Of a stretch of 64,000 nt of DNA, positions 9,858 through 19,658 are shown one piece after another (positions within the stretch are counted from its first letter, which is position 1; each line of letters opens with the position of its first letter). The translations under genes were made by a program, and so were the position numbers. The DNA is from an uncultured delta proteobacterium (GTDB lineage: Bacteria > Myxococcota > Myxococcia > Myxococcales > Myxococcaceae). Below the pieces are notes generated by a model. The model was not told the DNA's origin and searched no databases. It saw only the letters and a program-made list of their open reading frames with translations. Where the stretch lies: the NCBI GenBank assembly GCA_963771175.1, contig CAVYSY010000021.1, positions 236,151 to 300,150 of the forward strand, read 5' to 3'.

Positions 9858-10100
9858 CTACGGCCGGCCGTTGTCCTCTGGCTGATCGTAGGCGTACTGG
9901 TCCGCGCGAGGCGCGGCGTCATTGTGGAACAAGGGGCACTTCTGGCAGCTGAAGCCCTCCCAGTCCTCACGGACGGCCGCGTCGATGCACATCGCGTATT
10001 GGCGGCAGTGGACGTTGCGGTAGTCCTCGACGCGATGGTGGTCCGCCCACATGGGCAGGCGGAGCTCGGTGGGATTGGGCTTGGGTGGCGAACATGCCAT
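9858..10100 (-). CDS. Small Cys-rich hypothetical protein (80 aa)
   Basis: RNVHCRQYAMCIDAAVREDWEGFSCQKCP (C-x5-C...C-x2-C); GAGGGAG RBS upstream. Confidence 0.75.
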   Translation of the reverse strand: MACSPPKPNPTELRLPMWADHHRVEDYRNVHCRQYAMCIDAAVREDWEGFSCQKCPLFHNDAAPRADQYAYDQPEDNGRP

Positions 10101-10425
10101 GTCGCTGAACTCCCTCTCTCGAAATGGGGCCCCCTGTTGGGACCCTTCAATACCCGCTGGTGCGTCGCGTCATTCCCGAGCCGGGAGTCCCAACATGAGA
10201 CGGTTCCCCTTCGCACGACAGGCGAGGGGGATTGCGCCTCCGCGTCGGGATGTGACGCCTGCGAGCCGAGCAGCCTGAGCGAAGGCCTCGTACGGCTGGC
10301 AGCCCACCACCCGGACATTCATTTTCTCGCGCCGTGACATTGCCGTTTCCAGAGGGTCGCCCGTCCGTTGGGCGAGCGATGAATCACTGCTTCAACCGGG
10401 CGCGGCTTTCCCCGAAGATGCCCCC

Positions 10426-12231
10426 GTGCGACCGATGCCTTCCCGCTCCTCTTCGTCCCTGTCCCGCCGGCTGGGGCTGATCGCCCTGTCCCTCTTCGCC
10501 CTACTCGCGGCCGCCGGCTGCACGGCCTTCTCCCGCGCGGTGAAGGATGGAGACCAGTTCACCGCGCAGCACAAGTGGGCCGAGGCCGAGGCCGCCTACC
10601 AGCGGGCCCTCGCCGTGGACCCGAGGGACTCGGAGGTGCTGCTGAAGCTGCGCGCCATGCGCAAGCAGTGGAGCGGCGAGGTGCTGCAACAGGCGCGGGC
10701 GGTGCATGACCAGGGAGACCTGGCCGGCGCCACGCCGCTGCTGGTGCGCGCGCTCGCGCTGGACAGCGAGAGCGAGCCGGCGCGCGCGCTCCTCACCCAG
10801 ACGCTGGATGCGCGGGTGGAGCTCGCCCAGAAGGCGCTGAAGGAGGAGCGGCTGCAGGACGCCCGGGCCGAGCTGGACGCGGTGCTGGCGGTGGACCCCG
10901 AGCACGCGGCGGCGCGCAAGGGCGTGGACGCGGTGAAGGTGGCGTGGGCGCGCCGGTGGTTCACCACGGCGCAGCGGCTGGAGGAGGAGGGCAAGCTGGG
11001 CAACGCGCTGCTGGCCTACGTGCGCGCGGACCAGGAGAAGGTGGGGGCCACGCCGGCCCGCGAGCGCGCCGAGGCGGTGCGCCGCAAGCTCCAGGACGAG
11101 GTGGCCTTCCTGGTGGTGGCCGCGCCCGCGGAGGACAAGGCGGAGGCGCCGGACGTGGCGCAGCGGCTGTCTCCCGGACGGCTGTCGGCGCTGCTGCCGC
11201 AGGAGGTGCCCATCCGCGTCATCACCACCGAGGCCCCGAAGGACCACGAGGGCGTGCGCCTGGGCCTGGCGCTGGAGCGGGTGATGCCGGTGAAGTCGAT
11301 GGAGCAGAGCCAGCGCACGCAGAAGTACCTGGTGACGAACAAGGCCGTGCCCAACCCGCGCCGCTCCCAGCTCGAGACGGCGCTGCTGGAGCAGGAGCGA
11401 AAGCTGGAGGAGGTGGAGCGCAAGCTGGGCGGGGTGCTGCGCGACTACCTGCGCAAGCAGGACGAGCTCATCCAGGCGCGCGAGGTGGCCAACCGCTGCC
11501 GCGACCGCGAGCGCAAGGCGTGCGTCACCGCGCTGGCCGAGTGCGGCCGGGCGGTGGGCCAGGGCAAGCCCGGGCAGGTGCCTCCCGAGTGCAACCCGGC
11601 CCGCTGCAACTCGCTGTGTGAGCAGGAGGAGGGCGCGCTGGCGCAGCGGACCGCGGCGGCGCAGGAGCTGGAGCGCCGGCTGTCGACCGCGCAGGAGAAC
11701 GCGGAGCTGCAGCGGCGCGAGGTGCAGCGCGGCCGGGACGGCTTCTACCGCGAGCCCCTCACCGTGGAGGAGCCCGTCTACAGCGAGTACCCCTATGACG
11801 TGGAGCTGCACCGGCTGGCCATCACCGCGAGCGTCACGGAGCGGCTGGTGGACCTGTCCAAGGACGCGGTGCCCTCGCCGCGCACCGAGGACTACGCGGC
11901 CATGCACGAGGACTCGTCCAACAAGGCCTATGACAAGGTGGGCGTGCTGGCGGACCCGGTGCAGCTTCGCAGCGAGGCGGAGCTGCGGGTGGAGGCCGGT
12001 GACAGGGCCATGGCCTCCATCGCCGCGCGCGTGAAGGAGCGCTTCGACATCTACCGCCAGCGCCGGGTGGAGGACGCGCGGCGGGGCATGGTTCGCCCCA
12101 GCGCCGAGGACGTGGTGGAGACGGCGGTGCGCGCGCTGCTGCTCACCGCCGACGCGCCTCCCGAGGACATCCTCCTGCCGCTGGCCAAGGCGCGCGGCCT
12201 GGAGAATCCCCAGGCCCTCTTCGGCGACTGA
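10426..12231 (+). CDS. TPR-containing lipoprotein (601 aa)
   Basis: Signal peptide with lipobox AAGC, TPR-like helices (AEAAYQRALAVDP; LDAVLAVDPEH), Cys-rich coiled-coil insert; clean ORF with GC-rich third positions. Confidence 0.8.
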   Translation: MRPMPSRSSSSLSRRLGLIALSLFALLAAAGCTAFSRAVKDGDQFTAQHKWAEAEAAYQRALAVDPRDSEVLLKLRAMRKQWSGEVLQQARAVHDQGDLAGATPLLVRALALDSESEPARALLTQTLDARVELAQKALKEERLQDARAELDAVLAVDPEHAAARKGVDAVKVAWARRWFTTAQRLEEEGKLGNALLAYVRADQEKVGATPARERAEAVRRKLQDEVAFLVVAAPAEDKAEAPDVAQRLSPGRLSALLPQEVPIRVITTEAPKDHEGVRLGLALERVMPVKSMEQSQRTQKYLVTNKAVPNPRRSQLETALLEQERKLEEVERKLGGVLRDYLRKQDELIQAREVANRCRDRERKACVTALAECGRAVGQGKPGQVPPECNPARCNSLCEQEEGALAQRTAAAQELERRLSTAQENAELQRREVQRGRDGFYREPLTVEEPVYSEYPYDVELHRLAITASVTERLVDLSKDAVPSPRTEDYAAMHEDSSNKAYDKVGVLADPVQLRSEAELRVEAGDRAMASIAARVKERFDIYRQRRVEDARRGMVRPSAEDVVETAVRALLLTADAPPEDILLPLAKARGLENPQALFGD

Positions 12232-12234
12232 GGC

Positions 12235-12987
12235 TCAGGCCACCGCTTCCTCGGCGGCCGGGGTCCACATCGAGCTCTCGGCCGAGTGCAGGCAGTCCCC
12301 GAGGAAGCGCAGGTAGATGTCGAGTGCTTGCGAGCCGAGCTCCGCGAGCGTCCGCGCGTTCTCCGGCATGAGCTGCAGCAGCTCCTCCATCATCCGCGTG
12401 TTGAGCGCGGTGTGGCCCACGTCGAGCTGGATGTGCTCCTTGAGGAAGCTGAGCCCCTCCAGCGTCTCGCGGCCGAGCACCCGCACCACGTTGGACAGCA
12501 GGTGGGGCCCGAGCACCACCGACAGGTTCTCGATTTCGAACTCGATGGCGATCTGCCCCATGGGCAGGTCGCTGGCGAGGGTGTCCTCGTGGAGCTGGCG
12601 GTAGGCCCGCATCGCATCCGTGGGGTGCTGGGCCAGCAGCCGCTCCGTCTGGAGCATGGGCCTGCGCCGCGCGTTCCACCGCCGCACCAGGTGCCGCACG
12701 TCGTCCAGCATCATCATGTGGTGGCCGGCCTCGTGCTTCGCGTGCGCGATGAGGGCGTGCCCGAGCGAGTCCAGACCCTGCGAGAGGCAGCGCTGGCCCG
12801 CCCGGCGGATCCACCCCTCCACCGGCTCGGTCACGTAGACGCCGAGCGAGTTGAGCTGGAGGAAGAAGCGCTCCAGGACCGCCGGCTCGATGGCGGGATC
12901 CACCAGCATGCGCATGACAGGGTCCGTCGAGATACGGGCGCGCGCCGGCAGCACATAGGGCTCATACAGCTCTTTGACCAGGCTCAT
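12235..12987 (-). CDS. Heme-oxygenase-like diiron oxidase (HDO / CADD-like iron redox enzyme)
   Basis: Helical 250-aa protein with KHEAGHH, EFEIE and H-x3-D-x2-H (EHIQLDVGH) carboxylate/His ligand spacing. Confidence 0.75.
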   Translation of the reverse strand: MSLVKELYEPYVLPARARISTDPVMRMLVDPAIEPAVLERFFLQLNSLGVYVTEPVEGWIRRAGQRCLSQGLDSLGHALIAHAKHEAGHHMMMLDDVRHLVRRWNARRRPMLQTERLLAQHPTDAMRAYRQLHEDTLASDLPMGQIAIEFEIENLSVVLGPHLLSNVVRVLGRETLEGLSFLKEHIQLDVGHTALNTRMMEELLQLMPENARTLAELGSQALDIYLRFLGDCLHSAESSMWTPAAEEAVA

Positions 12988-15082
12988 GTTCGACGACTCC
13001 TCCGGGGGTCAGGCGGCCCACCGTTGCTTCACTGACGTACTCCAGGAACTCGGGCAGCATCCGAGCGGACAGCAGCCAGAGACAGGGCTTCGCGCCGGGC
13101 TCGTCGTGCAGGCGGGCCGCGGCGGCATAGCTGTCGTCCTCGTCCTCGCGCACGAAGACGAAGGCGGTGCGGCCCCGCTGGGCGTACCAGCGGCGGGCCG
13201 CGTCCAGCAGCGCGACGTAGGTCTCCCGTCCCCCGGGGGCGAGCGGGAAGAGGCGCGCCGCGTCCAGCAGGCGGAAGAGGTTCACCCCCGGAGGCCCCAG
13301 CTCGAGGACGATGGCGGCCTGGGGCACGCCCTCGCGGCGAGCCACCAGGATGTGGCGCTCGCGCTCCAGCCCGGCCGCGCGCCACGTCTCCGTCACCTCG
13401 CGCAGCTCCAACCGGTCGCGCGCGAAGTCGAGTGCGTCCACGTAGCTCGTCGGACGGGTGAGGAAGAGCTGCTCCGCCAGGAGCGCCTTCTCATCGAGGC
13501 GGATCGGGCCGATGTCGAGCCCGTCCGCGGGCAGGCCGCTCTCCTCGTCGCAGCGCACGTCCATCAGGCGCACGGGCATGACCAGGGCCTCGCCGCCGTC
13601 GGCATGGGCACGCGCGTAGCCGAGGTGGACCCGCTCCAAGAGGGGCACGGTCGACTCGGCGTAGGCGACGAGCCACCGGAAGTCGGGGTCCGCCTGCGCG
13701 TGCTCCAGCGTGCGCACGTGGATGTCGCGCAGGATTTGCCCGGGCACATGCGGGGCCTCGGGCCTGCCGGGGCGCTTGGCGAGCTGGTGCACCAGCCAGC
13801 CATGGCGGTAGGGCCGCACCGAGGAGAGCGTGGCCTCCACGCCTCGCTCCGACGGCCACACCGTCTGGCAGAAGAGCCGGGACAGGCGCGCGGCGCGATG
13901 GCCCAGGTCCATGAAGCTGGTGCGCAGCTCCTCGAAGTGCTCCGTCGTCTTGCCGGCCAGGTTGAAGTAGCCCGAGTCGACGAGCAGCTCCCACAGCGGC
14001 TCGAGCAGTTGCTCGCCGCCGCGCGTGGTGGGGCTGAGCGCCTGGGAGACGAGCGCCACCCAGCGGGCCTCGTCCATCGGCGTGCAGGGGCTGAGCTGGA
14101 GGCCGTACGCGCGCTGCCCGTCCTTGCCCGAGACGTAGCGGACCTCTCCCCGCAGGAGGATGGGCTCGCCGTCCCGCTCGTCCCGCACCTCGATGGGCTG
14201 GAGCAGGAGGCCCGGGAAGAGGAGATCCTCGGGAGTGCCGCGCAGGCGCATGCCGGAGAAGGAGAGGTCCAGGACCTCGCGCTCCCGTGTGCCCAGCTCG
14301 CTCCACAGCGGGTGATGGAAGCGGGCGCGGAGGCCCGCGGGCGCTGTCACGCGGCGGTGCCAGCGGTGGCGCACCTGCCACAGCCGCCGGGGGATGGGCG
14401 TCACCATCCGTTCGCCCCGCTGCTCGAGCGCCGACACGCGCATGCGGTAGGCCGAGTTGTAGCCCACCACCTCGATGTCATAGGGCCCCGTGCCCCACTC
14501 CACTCCCGGCTCCTCACGGCGCCAGTGGAGCAGCGAGCGCTCGACGTCGAAGTACTCGAGGGACACGCGCAGCGACCGGCCGAGCTGCCGCAGCGTGCCC
14601 TTGTGCTGCATCACGCACACGGACTTGAGAATGGAGCGGATGCGCTCGGGCTCGACGAGGGACTCCTCGACGGGCAGGGGCGAGACTGCGGGCTGGGCGC
14701 AGCCGTGGTGGGCCGCTGTGTCCAGCAGGGCGAGGATGCGCTGGCCCTGCTCCCGCGTCACTTCCACGAGCTGGATGCCCACGGGCGCGTCCAACCGCCG
14801 CGGGTCGCTCCAGAGCATCTCTCCACGCAGCGGGCCGATGGTGGAGCCATGGCCCTCCAGGATGAGCTGGAGGGGCCGCTCGCGCGGCGGGAGCTCGGTG
14901 CCCGGCTCCGGGAGCGCCCACACCGCGGTGGGGCTCAATCGCGTCACCCGGCTGCTGCTGATGCCGGGCTGGGACAGGATGAGGTTGATGCTGTCCTCGG
15001 GAGACCGGGTGTGCAGCGAGTATCCCGAGTAGCTTCCGACGGCGAGGCTCGTTCCGGCCGATGTCTCCATGTCTCCACGCAT
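12962..15082 (-). CDS. PilZ-domain protein with a large C-terminal domain (possibly GNAT-like)
   Basis: RWHRR (RxxxR) and DLSFSG (DxSxxG) c-di-GMP motifs after a YcgR-N-like segment; GGGGAG RBS before ATG 15082; overlaps the HDO gene by 26 nt. Confidence 0.8.
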   Translation of the reverse strand: MRGDMETSAGTSLAVGSYSGYSLHTRSPEDSINLILSQPGISSSRVTRLSPTAVWALPEPGTELPPRERPLQLILEGHGSTIGPLRGEMLWSDPRRLDAPVGIQLVEVTREQGQRILALLDTAAHHGCAQPAVSPLPVEESLVEPERIRSILKSVCVMQHKGTLRQLGRSLRVSLEYFDVERSLLHWRREEPGVEWGTGPYDIEVVGYNSAYRMRVSALEQRGERMVTPIPRRLWQVRHRWHRRVTAPAGLRARFHHPLWSELGTREREVLDLSFSGMRLRGTPEDLLFPGLLLQPIEVRDERDGEPILLRGEVRYVSGKDGQRAYGLQLSPCTPMDEARWVALVSQALSPTTRGGEQLLEPLWELLVDSGYFNLAGKTTEHFEELRTSFMDLGHRAARLSRLFCQTVWPSERGVEATLSSVRPYRHGWLVHQLAKRPGRPEAPHVPGQILRDIHVRTLEHAQADPDFRWLVAYAESTVPLLERVHLGYARAHADGGEALVMPVRLMDVRCDEESGLPADGLDIGPIRLDEKALLAEQLFLTRPTSYVDALDFARDRLELREVTETWRAAGLERERHILVARREGVPQAAIVLELGPPGVNLFRLLDAARLFPLAPGGRETYVALLDAARRWYAQRGRTAFVFVREDEDDSYAAAARLHDEPGAKPCLWLLSARMLPEFLEYVSEATVGRLTPGGVVEHEPGQRAV

Positions 15083-15610
15083 GATTCTCCCCCTGTGGCG
15101 ACAGCGGCATGCTGACGGTGTCGGCGTGGGCGGAATGCTTCCACGACGAGGGTAATCACTTTCACGAAATGAGAACGCCCGCGCCCCCTTTTCGTCAAGG
15201 CTTGAGCAGTCATTCTTTGTCAGTGTTTCTCGCCACCCGGCGTGGCTGGAAAAGTCCATCCCCTCCGGTGTGAATCCCCGTGAGCCCTGTAAATCACAGG
15301 GAGATCCGCTCCCGCGTAGAGATGGGCAATCAATGACTTGCATGGCGCTGGCGAGGCGATGTCAGGCTTTTGCCGGACTGGCCGAGCTGCAGTGCCGATG
15401 TATCTGTTGCCCCTGGCTGTGCGGCTCCCGGCCTCGGCGTTGGTTGGGACACGGAATTTCGGTGTCGCACCGGAGCGCGTCCGGGGGTGGGGTGTTGGCG
15501 CGTGTGCAGGAGCCGGGCACGGGGCCGCCTCTGGATGTGAGCCGGAGGACGGTCAACCCCATGGACGCGCACTGCGGGAACGGCGAGGCTGCCGCCCGGG
15601 AGGGTTCACC

Positions 15611-15946
15611 ATGGCCAGGCTCACCACCGAGGACGCGTTCAACATCGAAGTGCTCAAACTGATGCTCCAACTCGCCTGGAGCGATGGTCAGCTCGACCTG
15701 CATGAGGTGGGGATCATCCTCGGCTCGGCGCGGAGCTGGGGTGTGCCGGAGTCGGAGGTCGCCGCCCTCAAGAAGACCCTGGACACCCAGGGGCCGCCGC
15801 CCGCTCCGGACCTGGCGCTGCTGCGCGGCCGCTCGGACGAGGTCTTCGAGGCGGCCCGCGCCCTCATCGCGAGCGACGGCAAGCTCCAGTCCGCCGAGAA
15901 GGAGATGCTCGAGGAGCTGCGCATCATCCTCGACGCCGAGCGCTGA
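15611..15946 (+). CDS. TerB/DUF533-like protein
   Basis: LMLQLAWSDGQLDLHE and LIASDGKLQSAEKEML are duplicated TerB-type A-D-G-x4-E motifs; GGAGG RBS. Confidence 0.8.
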   Translation: MARLTTEDAFNIEVLKLMLQLAWSDGQLDLHEVGIILGSARSWGVPESEVAALKKTLDTQGPPPAPDLALLRGRSDEVFEAARALIASDGKLQSAEKEMLEELRIILDAER

Positions 15947-15970
15947 GCCGCGGGCCACCGGCGGGGTGAG

Positions 15971-18900
15971 TCAGTCCCCCGCCTTCGTCACCGGCGGGGG
16001 CACCGTCACCACCACCTCGCGCCGCAGCAGCAGCTTCGCGTCCTTGTTCGGCAGGATGCGCACCTGGAAGCGCCGACGGTATTCGTCCCCCTTGTCGAAG
16101 ACGTTCCGGTCCGTCACCAGCAGCAGCGCCGTGGGCACCACGTACCGCGCCGAGTTGTTGCCGAAGTAGTGCACCACCACGAAGTACGTGCCCGGCATCG
16201 CCTTGCGCGCGTGGTACAGCTCCGGACCCAGGCCATCCGTGATGTCCCAGTAGAGCTGTCCGCCCAGCGACGTCTGCATGTGCTGGTAGAAGCACTTCTC
16301 GCCGTTGGGCTCCACCACCCACAGGTCGATGTCCGTCCCGTCCGAGTTCCAGTGCGTGGTGAGCTGATAGTCGATGGGCCCCATCTCCGCGAGCTGTGCC
16401 AGCTCGCGCCGCCGTGCCTCCAGCACCGCCGTCTCGCCCACCAGTCGCGGGTGCTTCGCCAGCGCCGCCAGCATCCGACCGTAGTGGTACGCCGCGACCT
16501 TCTTCGTCTGGAAGTCATGCCGGTTCCAGTCGCGTGCCAGGACGATCTCCCAGTCGCGCGCCGCCTCCGCCGGGCGTCCCGCCGCGTCGAGCGCCAGCGC
16601 CTCCTCCAGGTAGGCCTGGGGCTCGAAGGGACGGTTGAGGCGCACGTGCTCGAAGAGCTCGGTGGCCGCCGGGAACTGGCCGAGCGCCAGCAGCCCGTAG
16701 CCCACCAGCCGCAGGGCCTCGGCGTCCTTCGGGCGCAGCTCCACGGGTGAGGACAGGGCCCGCACCGCGCCCCAGGTGTCTCCCGAGAAGGCCCGCTTGC
16801 GCGCCACCGCCTCGTAGATCATCACGTCGTCCTTGTTGGTCCGCCGCGCCTGCCGGTACGCCAGCTCCGCCTGCACCCGCTCGTCGCCGCCCGTGTAGGG
16901 CTCGTCTCGCAGCGGCTGAGCCTTCATCCGCGAGCCCAGCTCCGCCTGCTTCGGCTTCAGCGCCCGGAGCACCTCCTGGCCCGAGGTGGGCACTCCCTCC
17001 AGCGAGAGCCCCAGCAGCTCATCGCGGCGCTGGTCCGCCTGCTGCCGCTGCAGGGCATCCAGGTCGGTGAGGTCCATCTGCTCGTCGCGCACCGCGTAGC
17101 GCGTGTAGTCCCCCTCCGACTCCAGCACCAACATGGAGGCCCGCGCATTGGTCAGCCGGTAGTGCTGGCTGAGCGCCACCACCATCCGGTCCAGCTTCAC
17201 GTCCTCCAGCGCCACCAGCCGGGACACGAACAGCTCCGCCCACGCGCGCGGGGCAAAGGCGCTGTCCTCGTCGCGGGGCAACGGCACCGCCAGCGTGCGC
17301 TCCTGCCCCGAGGCCTGGGTCACCACCTCCAGCTCCGCCGCGCCGTCCCCCACGAGTCGCCCGGCCACCTGCAGCTCCTGCCCGGGGAAGACGAGCCGGG
17401 GCCGGCCCGCCACCACCAGGTCCTTCACCTTCGCGCCCTTCACGCCCACCCGGGCCAGCACCACCGAGGCGGCCCGGTGCGCGCGCGCCGCCGAAGGCAC
17501 CTCCGCGCCGGACAGCACGTTCACCACCCGGCCGCCGCTCGCCCGAGCCAGCGCGTCGAAGAGGTCCACGTTCACCGCCGCCTCGCCGAAGCGGTAGCTC
17601 ACCCAGCGCAGCGTCTCCGCTGAGGCATGGCGCGAGATGAGCGCGTCCACGTTGCTCTGCCCCCAGGTGACGTTGCCGTCCGAGAGGAGGAAGGCCGTCA
17701 CGGGTCCGCCCTTCTCCGCCGGCTTCAGCCAGTCGCGGCTGGCCCTGTCCAGCTCGGCCAGCAGGCCGTCCACGTTGGAGGCGCCTTCGAGGAAGACGCG
17801 TTCCAGCTCGGCGAACGTCTCCTGGCGAGCCTCGGGCGTGTTTCGCCGGAAGCCCGGGCCGTGGAGCCAGCGCGGGCGCACGTCGAAGAGAAGCACCGCG
17901 TACTCGGAGAGGCTCTCGTCCTTCTCCAGCAGCGCGCGCAGCAGGGCCGCCTGCAGGGACCAAGCGTTGCCGTCCTCCGCCGACAGCGAGGTGTCCACCA
18001 CCAGCACCGCGCGTCCGGTGGGCGTGCCCTCGGTGCCCGCGGTGAGTCGCTCCGGCAGTCGCACTCGGGTGTAGAAGGCGTGGCCGGGCAGTCCCGCCGG
18101 GTCCGCGCCCACCAGCACGTCCGCATCGGCGCGGCGCGGGGTGAGGGCCACCTCCAGCGCTCCGTCTCCCTGGAGCTTCTGCCAGTCCCAAGCCTGCCAG
18201 GCGCCGAGCGTGCTCGGCTTGCCCACCTCCGGGCCCACCGTCACCTCACCCGCGTGCCTCGGGTCCACGTGGACGCGCGCCGCCACCTTCAGCTCCTTGC
18301 CGGCCCCCGGTGGCAGCGGCCACGTGTAGCGCAGGCGCTGGCCATCGAAGAGGAGCGTCTGCTCGTAGGCGATGACCACGCGCTTGAGGGACTTCGGCGG
18401 CAGCGGGAAGACGCGCGCGCTGAAGGTGGACGCACCGGCCCACTCCAGGAGTGCTGGATCCACGTTGTGGCGCACCACGTCCTCGTACACCTCGCGGGCG
18501 CGCTTCTGCTCGACGACACGGGCCTCCTGGGGCACGCCCCACGAGCGCTTCGCTCCTGGCGGGCTCGGCGGGGCCGCCGCCACCAGCTCCTCCGACTTCC
18601 CCGAGTCCCCCAGCGGCGGCAGCAGCTCCGACGACTGGAAGAGCGAGGGCGAGTCCACCGCCACCGCGCCCGAGTACAGCGCGAAGCCCGCCACCGTCGC
18701 GCCGCCCGGCAGCGGGTAATAGAAGGTTCCCTCCAGCGAGCGAGAGGTGTCGTTCTCGAAGAGGTAGTCCACCACCGTGCGCGCGCGGGCGCCCTGGATG
18801 TACGTCACCACCCGCACCGCGCGGGCCTTCAGGGGCTGGTAGCGGCCCTCTTCGTCCCGCACCAGCACCTTGGCCATGCGAGGCGCGGCCTCCACCTTCG

Positions 18901-19625
18901 GCAGCACCGGCCGGGGCGCGGCGTCGGGCTTCGCCGGGGAGTTCTCCTCGGGTTTGGGCTCGGCGGCGGCCTCCTCTTTCGCGGGGGCCGCGCTCATGCG
19001 TGGACGGGCACCACCGGAGGCGCGCTCCGACGCGTCGCTCCTGATGATCTGGATGATCTCCCGCCGCTTCTGCTCCAGCATCCGCCGGGCGCTCCTCTGG
19101 TTCCGGTGCGGGGGCTCCCGTCCTGCGAGGAGGTCGATGAGGTGCTTCGACTTGCGGGTACGGAGAAGGAACCCCAGGAGGAGGCGGCGGTGGGGGTGGA
19201 CGGATGCCCCCTGATGCCGGGGCGCCTGCCTCCGCCATCCGGTCCTCCATCTCCTCCGAGCCCAGCGACTCGTCGGCGTGCTCTCCGAATGTCCCGAGGT
19301 CGCGAGGGGCGGGGCGCTGCGCACCGGGCTGCGAGGTGGGGCGCCGCGGGTCCTGCTCCTGGACGAGCCGGGCGAGCTCGGGCTCGGAGATGGCCTGCGG
19401 GTCGGCCACCGCGTCGCGCAGCTCCGCGAGGTCCACCACGCCCGTGTCCACTGCACCCGGCGCCGTGGTGGGCACGGTGAGGCCGGCGCGGGCGAAGAGG
19501 GCGGGGTCCCCCTTGGGCCCCTCGGGCACCTGGGCCTTTTGATCTTCCGGGGAGCTGCGCTTGCAACCTGGCAGGGCCAGGGTCACGAGGAGGAGTCCGG
19601 TAAGGAGGACACGCGGGAGGGACAT
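15971..19625 (-). CDS. Large lipoprotein with VIT + vWA-like + TPR + YfaP/DUF2135-like domains, frameshift in the Pro-rich linker (~19050-19250)
   Basis: Lipobox LPGC after MSLPRVLL...; VIT ([11 protein letters not shown]...[10 protein letters not shown]...AREVYED...DPALLEW); vWA (VVDTSLS, FLLSDG); C-terminal [18 protein letters not shown]...DITDGLGPE. Confidence 0.8.
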
Positions 19626-19658
19626 GGACCCGGAGGTTAGTCCCTCGCCAGATTCGGG

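Noticed and set aside
12974..15115. Long antisense ORFs (also 7979-9952, 17627-19480, 23899-25308, 46873-48891)
   Set aside because: Shadow ORFs expected opposite real genes in high-GC DNA; no motifs.
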